A DNA stretch of 24,623 nucleotides, from the NCBI RefSeq assembly GCF_000281045.1, contig NW_008246110.1, forward strand, positions 439,602 through 464,224, written 5' to 3'. Shown one piece after another: positions 1 through 8,648 of this stretch. Position 1 is the first letter of the stretch; each line of letters opens with the position of its first letter. Origin of the DNA: Saprolegnia diclina VS20. Taxonomy: Eukaryota. Below the pieces are notes generated by a model that did no database searches, had not been told where the DNA came from, and worked only from the letters and a program-made list of their open reading frames with translations. The translations under genes were made by a program, and so were the position numbers.

Positions 1-182
1 AGCGTTGCGAGCGAGAGAAAGATGAGGCCGCCAGCGACGAGGTTGGAGCCGATGCGGCCAAAGACTACGAGGCTGCTCGCCTGCGCGCGGGCGTCCAAGA
101 TGGTGGACGGGCGGGCGAAGCTACTGCTGGCGCGCGACCCGAGGCGGGAGCCTGCCGATGCTATCACTGCGTGCAACCTCAT
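1..182 (-). CDS. 5' part of uncharacterised six-TM/ectodomain membrane protein, paralogue A (runs off left edge)
   Basis: The ATG at 182..180 gives MRLHAVIASAGSRLGSRASSSFARPSTILDARAQASSLVVFGRIGSNLVAGGLIFLSLAT. This matches the N-termini of the paralogues starting at 2620(-), 6256(+) and 10654(-) (LD[AS][RK]AQ...RI[GA]SNL followed by TM1). Confidence 0.85.
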   Translation of the reverse strand, partial: MRLHAVIASAGSRLGSRASSSFARPSTILDARAQASSLVVFGRIGSNLVAGGLIFLSLAT

Positions 183-573
183 GGCAATATGTTATGTGAG
201 GTCGGATCACAGAGTAAGAACAGCGCTGAAACGCCACCAGTAGCGGACTCGTCAACGGCGCGCACCCAGTATGAGGATCGCAATCTTCTGATAGATTCGA
301 AATTTCCGCCGTGTCTCTGTACCGGTAACGTCATGTTGACGGCGCTCAAGTGAGCCCTCCGAGATATCTCTGTGGCACCGAGTCGGGTAGAGTGGTAAGC
401 GCTGCTCTACGAGCCATCCAGCCATCCATTTTGCATTGGAATGGCGATCGACAGCAGCATTTCCACCGTGTCATCTACCATGATCGCGCTCCACGGCCGC
501 GCGGCGTGTGCACACGGACTGTGTACACACCTTTTCTTTAGAGAATGGACAACGTGTCTCAACTCTTTGCGTC

Positions 574-2620
574 CTAGTTGACGCAGAAACCGCGACTGTA
601 CACAAAGCGCTTGGTCGCGTGGTCGCTATTTCCGCTGTCCGAGGTCGAAACAAACTGGTTGGCGGCCACAGACCCAAAAGGCCGCGGTCGAAGGCATCCG
701 AGTAGCACGGGCAGTAGTTGGTACGTGCTGAGCACAAGCGCGACTGGCGCGTTGGCCTTGGGCAGCGCGGCGACCGAGCTCGACGACGGTCCCCCGCGCG
801 TCTCAGTCTGGGTCGTTGTAGCAGCAAACACCTTTGTCGACGTCCCTTGCGTCACGGTTGCGTAGCCGAGGATGGCCTGGGTGCTCGGCTTGCAAAAGCA
901 CTTGTTGCCGATCGTGATCGCAGCCTCTTGCCCCAACGGCAAGCTCGTGAGGTAGCTTGGCTTGCGCGTTGCGAGCAAGAACGCATTGGTCGCCGTCCAC
1001 GTCGTGCTGATCGACCACTAGACACCATAGTACATGACAAAGTGTACAAAACACATCCGGTGGTACACTGCGGCACGTAACGTAGCGGTGGGCCGTGGCC
1101 AAACCGATCGAGGCCAGTATCGACACGAGCGCAGGATACAGCATGTGTGTCAGCAAGAGCGATGCCGCCGACGGGACACTCGCCATGTCGTAGGCACCGG
1201 CGGGGCGGTCGACGCCGTTGATGGTGAGCGGGAGGTTCCACGCCCCAGCATAAAAAGCATTGCTGACAGTTGCAAACTCGGGATTTAGACAGAGAACGAC
1301 GCTGACGGTCGTAGCGTAGAGCAGGATTGGTGTCGAGAACGGCACCAGCCGCGACGTCGGCGACGGCACATGCTGTACGCTCAGAAGGAGCAGCAGCGAG
1401 GCGTACGCCACAAAGTTGCCGAGCATTACGAGCGAGAGGAGCCAGATCTGATTGCCGTTGGGCGTGCCGTAGTAGATGCGGGCGACGTCGGCGTACAAGA
1501 GCGACGGCGCCGCGTTGAGTGTCANNNNNNNNNNNNNNNNNNNNNNNNNNNNNNNNNNNNNNNNNNNNNNNNNNNNNNNNNNNNNNNNNNNNNNNNNNNN
1601 NNNNNNNNNNNNNNNNNNNNNNNNNNNNNNNNNNNNNNNNNNNNNNNNNNNNNNNNNNNNNNNNNNNNNNNNNNNNNNNNNNNNNNNNNNNNNNNNNNNN
1701 NNNNNNNNNNNNNNNNNNNNNNNNNNNNNNNNNNNNNNNNNNNNNNNNNNNNNNNNNNNNNNNNNNNNNNNNNNNNNNNNNNNNNNNNNNNNNNNNNNNN
1801 NNNNNNNNNNNNNNNNNNNNNNNNNNNNNNNNNNNNNNNNNNNNNNNNNNNNNNNNNNNNNNNNNNNNNNNNNNNNNNNNNNNNNNNNNNNNNNNNNNNN
1901 NNNNNNNNNNNNNNNNNNNNNNNNNNNNNNNNNNNNNNNNNNNNNNNNNNNNNNNNNNNNNNNNNNNNNNNNNNNNNNNNNNNNNNNNNNNNNNNNNNNN
2001 NNNNNNNNNNNNNNNNNNNNNNNNNNNNNNNNNNNNNNNNNNNNNNNNNNNNNNNNNNNNNNNNNNNNNNNNNNNNNNNNNNNNNNNNNNNNNNNNNNNN
2101 NNNNNNNNNNNNNNNNNNNNNNNNNNNNNNNNNNNNNNNNNNNNNNNNNNNNNNNNNNNNNNNNNNNNNNNNNNNNNNNNNNNNNNNNNNNNNNNNNNNN
2201 NNNNNNNNNNNNNNNNNNNNNNNNNNNNNNNNNNNNNNNNNNNNNNNNNNNNNNNNNNNNNNNNNNNNNNNNNNNNNNNNNNNNNNNNNNNNNNNNNNNN
2301 NNNNNNNNNNNNNNNNNNNNNNNNNNNNNNNNNNNNNNNNNNNNNNNNNNNNNNNNNNNNNNNNNNNNNNNNNNNNNNNNNNNNNNNNNNNNNNNNNNNN
2401 NNNNNNNNNNNNNNNNNNNNNNNNNNNNNNNNNNNNNNNNNNNNNNNNNNNNNNNNNNNNNNNNNNNNNNNNNNNNNNNNNNGAGGTTGGAGCCGATGCG
2501 GCCAAAGACTACGAGGCTGCTCGCCTGCGCGCGGGCGTCGAGGGTCTTGGCCGCCACCGTCGCCGGCGCACTGCTGCGTGGCGCGCGTGCCGACGACGAC
2601 CGATTGCTGAAGAGTCCCAT
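574..2620 (-). CDS. Uncharacterised six-TM/ectodomain membrane protein, paralogue B (middle hidden by N gap)
   Basis: Exon 1 is 2620..1067 (MGLFSNRSS...TLDARAQASSLVVFGRIGSNL [gap] TLNAAPSLLYADVARIYYG...HRYVTCRS). A 49-nt intron GTACC...TCTAG spans 1066..1018. Exon 2 is 1017..574 (WSISTTWTATNAFL...YSRGFCVN*). Colinear with the paralogue at 6256..8249. Confidence 0.85.
1525..2482. other. Assembly gap (958 N)
   Basis: Run of N inside paralogue B. ORFs that cross it in the ORF track are partly artefactual. Confidence 1.
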
Positions 2621-2881
2621 GACGGCAAAGGGCAGAGTGATTCGAAGCAGCAATGAAAGCGACCAAGCACAGAGGGTTCTCCGAACTGGGTCTACGCTAG
2701 CGGCGCGTTCCAAATTCGAAGCGACCGGCTCGGCGGTTGGCGTTGTCATGCTCGCACGGCGGAGAACCTGCGCTGCCAACGTGATTGCGCACGGCTGCTG
2801 CTTGCAGTCAGGTCGATCCTGTCCGAGTAACGAACCTGTTGGCAGTCCCGTTCGAGCGCTACGCCCGATGCTAAGCATGTA

Positions 2882-2965
2882 TCCTACTAGTAGTAGGAGC
2901 AACTAATAGTAGGAGCTACTAGTTGAGTGTAGTAGTACCGGTAGTCATTTAAGGTAGTCATTTAA
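2882..2965. repeat. Short tandem and inverted repeats in intergenic DNA
   Basis: TCCTACTA-G-TAGTAGGA inverted repeat (2882..2898); ACTA[G/A]TAGTAGGAGC x2 (2886..2900, 2902..2916); GGTAGTCATTTAA x2 in tandem (2940..2965). Confidence 0.8.
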
Positions 2966-3138
2966 TGAAGCGTGTCGAGCAAGCGAGTATAAAAGGGGCG
3001 CAAAGATCGACGTGTGCGATGACATGTATCGACGTGCTGCTTTGTGATTCGCCACATGAATCTGGATCGCACAACCAGACAACACTTGGTGGACGGTACC
3101 AGAATTCGGTGCTGGACCAGATGACACTCATCCGTGAC

Positions 3139-4015
3139 TCACGCGCTTTGTAGGGGCGTTGGGGTCATGACGTCGACGTTGTCGCTGCCTGACGAGGTGG
3201 AGGCTCGGAAGATTCGCGCACCCATCCTGGGAGCATCGGTCCTTGTGGCCGCCTCCCTTGGTCGGCGCCTCTTTGTCGTAGGTACAGGATAGAGCGAAGG
3301 ATTAAATAGATAGTGCATTGGATAGTGTCTGGATAGCACTCGTAGTGGTGTACTCTACGCCGAGGAGCGTAGCAGTTGAAAAGTCGAGGCGACATTAGAG
3401 CAGCGTGTACGTGGACGGTACGTCGACGGCAGCGTCCAGTTGCTGCAAGACGCCGAGGAGGCCGCCGGCGAGGCGACTCAGCACCACATCGCCACGCGCA
3501 TGCGCCGTGCTTTGGATCACATCGACGTGGTCGTACAAGAGCGCTGCGGCCGTCGGGTGCTTGGTGAAGAGCTGCGAGAGCGAGTCGAGACCGAGCTGCT
3601 GCGTCGCTCCGGTCACAACAAAGTTCATGGCGGCCTCGAGCTCCCGTCGCCCGCGGCCTGTATAGAGGTACGCTTCGCCCACGGACTGGATCGCGCGCCA
3701 CGCGTGCTTGACGGTTTGGATGCGCGGTCGGCGGCGCGACGTGCGAGGGCTGGCACTGCTGCTGTCGCTGAGCGTCTCGCCCGTCTCTTCCGCGTCTTCG
3801 CGCACGGCGGGCAGCGGTAGCGGCTTGCTGCGGTGCGGGCGCTTGAACGCCGGCCGGGCCATGGCCGCCGGCGCATCGCTGGCCGTGAGGCGCATCGGGC
3901 GCGGGCTCGTCTCGCGGAAGCTGAGGCGGCGGAGGAGCATGCTGCAGGCCACGACGGCCATCGAGGCGGCAGCGACGGCCGTGACCTGGAGCATCGGCGA
4001 CGACGTCGTGGCCAT
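3139..4015 (-). CDS. Hypothetical protein with N-terminal hydrophobic anchor
   Basis: The ATG at 4015 begins MATTSSPMLQVTAVAAASMAVVACSMLLRR, followed by a basic/Ser-rich linker and a helical-looking region (REL EAAMNFVV...LSRLAGGLLGVLQQLD). It either stops at 3395 or splices through a candidate 67-nt phase-0 intron (GTACC..CGTAG, 3421..3355) into the frame ending at 3139. The 3' end is uncertain. Confidence 0.6.
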
Positions 4016-4021
4016 ATTGGT

Positions 4022-4046
4022 GGAAATGTGGAAATGAAAATGAATT
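4022..4046 (-). promoter_or_regulatory. Oomycete Inr/FPR-like core promoter element
   Basis: The minus strand reads TTCATTTTCATTTCCACATTTCC just upstream of the ATG at 4015, resembling the oomycete TCATTYYNNNWTTY start-site motif. CCAAT/ATTGG boxes lie further upstream (~4096, ~4133). Confidence 0.5.
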
Positions 4047-5431
4047 CGAACGGACGTGAGTTTCGCCAGACGCTTCCAGCTGATTTTTATTTTAGCCAAT
4101 GAAACGTACGCCATGCACTGTACTGATCGCGGATTGGCGCAAAAGCTGTTTTTCTCTTGGCAGTGCAACATCGCACCACATCTGATGGGCAAAAATCTGA
4201 GGATGTCGATCCGGCGCCGCGGTGACGCAAGCAAGTCCAGCGCGACAACTGAGCGCATCACAGCCATGTACGTTGGGCCGCAGAGGATTTGCGTCCTCGT
4301 AGCGAAGACAAGCACCAACGGCTAACGGCCGACCAACGGCCGACAAAGATTCTTGCGCGTCGTCTTCTCAGGTGCGAGCAACTTCAAGTTGAAGTCACGA
4401 CCTCCAGAACGTGATGCTTGTCGCTGCTGCCACCGACGCCCATGACCCTGCTTCTCGACACTATGGTCTTTTGCAGCGAACGACGCGGTGACCACACACC
4501 TCACTCCACAGGCGATGCACGTGGCGCTGGAACATTTCGCAGCGTCCCACGAGAGCCGTTCAGATTCCCCCAGATGGTGGCGCCATTGGCAAAGTGAAAA
4601 TACAACGTGGCATACCAAGCTTGTGGACGTGGATGCAACTAAAAAGGGCGCGCACAGTGTAGTAGCAGTACGAGTTGCGTCCTTGGAAGCACTAGAACTG
4701 CAACCTCTCGCAGAGGATGTGCATAAGTAGTTGCAACCAAGATTCGTTGGTTCCATGAACCGCAAAACGAATATGGCGAACCGACTTGCGTTGGCGGCTT
4801 GGAATCCGAATGTGCTGCAGCGACGCGCGATCTTGTTCGAACGAGTGACGATCCTGGAGGATGAGAGATCGAAGTGTTCTCCATGCGGCAGACAGGTCGT
4901 CGAAGTAGAGGGAAAACGAGTTGTGGTCGTCCTGCACACTCCTCAACGCGGCGTCCGTGCTCCATCGTCCTGCTCAACAAGTTTTAGTACACGGTATTGT
5001 GCATAGCAGATGCAATTGGGTCACTCGCTGCTCCCATGTCACCCAGCAACGCGTCCGTCAGCGCCGCACTCGACGTTTCCATCACGAGGCGAGCTGTCGA
5101 AGTGTGGGGACATGGACGAGGTCCACAGCGTGCCGACTGGCAGGATACTGATGACGCCATTGACCACGTCCACGCTAGGTGATCGTTCTTGACGTGGCTC
5201 TTCCCCAGCAGGCCCGTTCTCTGGGAGGCGAGAAGAAGCGACGGGCGACTGCAGAACCAACGCAGGAAGCCGAGGCTGAGATCATCATCTCGAAGCTGGT
5301 TCGAACGTCACTCTGTCTAGCGGGGTTCTGGACATGCAACGGGCATTGTCCCGTGGGCGAGCGCCAGGCGGGCTTGCGTCTTGCGTGCGCGGAATCCTAT
5401 CGCTCGTCTAACAGGAGCACGACGTTCGCAA

Positions 5432-5517
5432 GCCGACCAAGCAGCCACGTTCGCCGACCAAGCAGCCACGTATGCGGTTTTTGATTGGCCAAGAGCTCGA
5501 CTCTGAGCTGCGATTGG
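5432..5517 (+). promoter_or_regulatory. 19-nt direct repeat plus two CCAAT boxes upstream of the 5572 ORF
   Basis: GCCGACCAAGCAGCCACGT occurs at 5432..5450 and 5453..5471. GATTGGCC occurs at 5483 and 5512. Confidence 0.5.
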
Positions 5518-5571
5518 CCCGTTTTTCACCGCGTGAGGATTATTGACTGAACCGAAGCGGCGACCTTGGTC

Positions 5572-5868
5572 ATGGCCCGAACCAAGGCGACGCTGAAGCT
5601 AGAGAAGCGCGGGCGCAAGTCTACGCGCAAGCCTGCACGCAAGCCGGCGCGGGCCCGCAGCAGCGGCCCGCAGCTCGACACGTCCGAGGTGCCTGGCGAC
5701 CTCGCGCTGGCCATCGCCGAGTGGCGAGCGAGCCAACTGCGCTCCGTGGAGCTCATCGACCTGTCGTCGACGCCAGACGACGAGATTTTTGACGACGAGC
5801 GCGATACTGACGTCGTTCTCGTCTACGCGCCGCCGATCGTTCCAGTGACGCGCCTCTTCCTCTGCTGA
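5572..5868 (+). CDS. 98-aa protein with histone H3-like N-terminal tail/alphaN and acidic SIM-like C-terminal half (may be a pseudogene fragment)
   Basis: MARTKATLKLEKRGRKSTRKPARKPARARSSGPQLDTSEVPGDLALAIAEWRASQLRSVELIDLSSTPDDEIFDDERDTDVVLVYAPPIVPVTRLFLC*. GC3-rich codons like neighbouring genes, with upstream CCAAT boxes. Confidence 0.55.
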   Translation: MARTKATLKLEKRGRKSTRKPARKPARARSSGPQLDTSEVPGDLALAIAEWRASQLRSVELIDLSSTPDDEIFDDERDTDVVLVYAPPIVPVTRLFLC

Positions 5869-6255
5869 CCTCCGCGGGCGTCGATCACTATCATGTATAT
5901 TAACCATTAACGATTGCACGTCGCGTCGGCGAGCCCACGTAGTGCTGGAAGGGCCATCGCTCATCAACAGCAAGTACGAGCACCTAGCTGATGACACAGA
6001 CAGAAAGGCCAGCAGGCCAATCGCGCCAGCAACACCATGGTGCGGAAGACAGGCCATGTTGCTCGAGACCTCGAGACCTCAGCCAGGTCCAGGGTACTCC
6101 AGGGTATTCCTCAAGGCAAGCCAGTACAGCCCCAATACTACGAGGCGCTGCTCACGCGCTCGAACCGTCGTTGCTTTGCATCAACCGACGATGAAACGTC
6201 AAGTCGTTGTGGGCGTTCCATGACCTCCGTCGATCATTTGCCGTACAGCTAAACA

Positions 6256-8249
6256 ATGGCAGGTGGCTCGTCGGGCAACTCGCGCCGGAGCTCGGCGCCG
6301 ATCACCAAGAAAACGCTCGACGCCAAGGCGCAGGCCAGCCTCTGTCTCGTCGTCAGTCGCATTGGCTCCAACCTCATTGCGGGCGCCCTCCTCCTCGTCT
6401 CGCTCCTCACGCTCGCCGTGCTCTTGACCAAAGGCCTCTTTGACCGCCACGTGGTCATGACGTCGCCGCAGACCGCCGAGTACTGGTCGCCGCTCGGGCA
6501 GTCATGCACGCTAACGCGGCGCGGGTTTGTCCGCAACAGCTGCTCGGCGATCGAGGGCAACACGACGTCGCCAGACGCATGGCGCCGCGTCGGGTCGCTC
6601 CTCGCCATCTCGTGGCTGCCGTCCACGCAGTGGTATATCTCGACGTGCGCGGTGGGGCCACGCCACAAGGGCTGGGTCTACGTCGTGCTGCTGGCGTCCT
6701 CAACTGAGTTTCCGAGCTGCGTGCCCTCGAACGGTTCGCAGCTCATTGACGGCATGGCGATGCTCACGACAACGAGCACGCTCGATGCACCGTACAGCGC
6801 GTACGAGCTCACGCTCTATGGCGACACGATGAACCGGTCGAGCGTCACGGCGGCGACCAACTCGGACGGGACGTCCGTGCGCCTCTTTGCGAATACAACC
6901 CAGTTTCTCATTGGCGTCAACGGGTCGGTGCCCGCAACGTCGTGGGGTGGCGGCACATCGGTGATCGTGTCGGCGCCGCTCGGGCCGCGCTACACGGTCA
7001 AGACGACGGACGCCACGTTCTTTGTCGACATGACATCGGACCCGCCGTCGACGCCCGGCTGGAGCGTCGGTCGCGTCAACGGCAAGATCATCGTGATCGC
7101 CACGTCAGCAGCGTCGGTCGTTGCAAATTACATGGACATTGTCATCTTCCAAGGCGTCGTCACGGGCCTCTCGCTTCTCTTTTTAAGCGGCGACGTCATC
7201 ATGACGTACAAGGGCCTCGCCGGTGTCCTTCGCCGTCAGCCGGTGTTGACATACGACCTTTTGCTTGGCCTTGAGCGGCGCAAGCTCGTCTTGGTGCTAT
7301 GGTCGCTCAACGCCGCGCCGTCGCTGCTGTACGCCGACGTCGCCCGCGTCTACTATGGCACGGCCAACGGCGACGAGATCTGGCTTCTCTCGCTCGTGCT
7401 CCTCGGCAATCTTATGACGTTTGTGGCGCTGCTGGGGATCACTGTGTTGCAGTACATCCCGTCGCCGTTCAAGCACGTACTGCCCTTCTCAACCCCCGTC
7501 TTTCTCTTTGGCACGACAGTTGGTGTCGTATTGAGTTGCAATATGCGCTACACGGATGTCAGCAACGCGTTCCTGGAAGGCCCGTGGAGCCTCGGGCTCA
7601 ATATCAACGGCACGGACCGACCGTCGGGCGCGTATACGGCCGAAGCCGTCACGTCCGTGGGCGCGCTCTTGCTGCCGTCCATGCTGCTCCCGACTGCCAT
7701 CGCCTTTGGTGTCGCTATCGTCTATGGCCTTGTGCAGCGCTATCAGTCGTGTCGCAAGGTTTGCATCTCATTTTTGAGATTTATCGAGTGCTCATACTAG
7801 CGGTGTAGTGGCTCATTCCGATGGCGTGGACGGCCAACAACAGCTTCTTGCGCGGACGGCGCCTGCCACACTATTTGACAAGCTTGCCGCTCGGGCCTGA
7901 GACGACGATCCGTCTCGGACACAAGTCGTTTCTAAAGCCGAGTGTGCAGGCCGTCATGGGGTATGCGTCGGTTGTCGAAGCCATCGACGGGCATCAAAGC
8001 GGCGCCTTCTCCAAGCGCAGCAGCAACACGAGCGTCGTACCGTCGACCAACGGCACCCGGAAAGCATCGGAAGCCACGTCGATCACCGTCATCATCAGCA
8101 CGTACGCGCTCGTGCCCGTGCTCCTCGGCTGGATTCGGCCACGTCCACTTGGTGCGATTGTAGCCAACGCGTTCTTGAGCGCCAAAGTCACCGCCACAAG
8201 CACAGAGCACAAAACGTTCGTGTACAGTCGTGGCGCATGCGTCACCTAA
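6256..8249 (+). CDS. Uncharacterised six-TM/ectodomain membrane protein, paralogue C (647 aa)
   Basis: Exon 1 is 6256..7758, the 50-nt intron GTTTG...TGTAG is 7759..7808, and exon 2 is 7809..8249 (WLIPMAWTANNSFL...YSRGACVT*). Layout: TM1, a ~240-aa Cys- and N-glycosylation-sequon-containing loop, five further hydrophobic segments, then a C-terminal soluble domain. Confidence 0.9.
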
Positions 8250-8468
8250 GGAATTTATACACAAGTGTATACCCACGCTCTTGTTACACCCAGCTCTCAT
8301 ATCCGTCGTAGATCTTAGGTTGCCTCGAGTGGCTTGTCGTCCGGCTGGTCCACGCAGTGCTGCTTTAGCGAGACGTTTGGACACAAACATGTCATTTCCC
8401 CGTCAAAGGCTCCAGTCGATTGGTTCCAGCTTGCGCAGCCAAGGCTGCAAATGCTCGTCCTCTGACTT

Positions 8469-8499
8469 TAACCCTAACCCTCATAGAAACCCTAGCCCT
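8469..8499 (+). repeat. Degenerate interstitial telomere-like motifs
   Basis: TAACCCTAACCCT-CATAG-AAACCCTAGCCCT: four CCCT(A) units in the convergent gap between paralogues C and D. Confidence 0.4.
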
Positions 8500-8648
8500 C
8501 GTATCACTCGCGCTCTGAAATGAACGTCGCACCATTGCAGCTGCGTTCGTAAGAACACAAGCATAGGTTCAAAGTATGTATGTCGTTCGACAAGGCTCGT
8601 TATTGTCTTGGTCACGGAAGACCATGGCGATAGTGGGAAAACTGGCGA

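Noticed and set aside
803..2906. Long ORFs of 327-699 aa across the gap in several frames
   Set aside because: Their length comes from N codons. Only the minus-strand frame matching the paralogue family is supported, and its true end is reached by splicing at 1066..1018.
4880..4930. FSLYFDDL on the minus strand as a reverse-transcriptase YxDD or LINE motif
   Set aside because: No flanking RT motifs (QG..LSP, LG) and no long ORF; too short to call a retroelement.
5432..5471. Direct repeat as a CRISPR-like array
   Set aside because: Only two copies with a 2-nt spacer, in a eukaryotic context with no cas genes.
5942..6070. Chromodomain-like reading (SLINSKYEHL...TPW) downstream of the H3-like ORF
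   Set aside because: Lacks the aromatic-cage YLVKW motif and cannot be joined in frame without assuming mutations.
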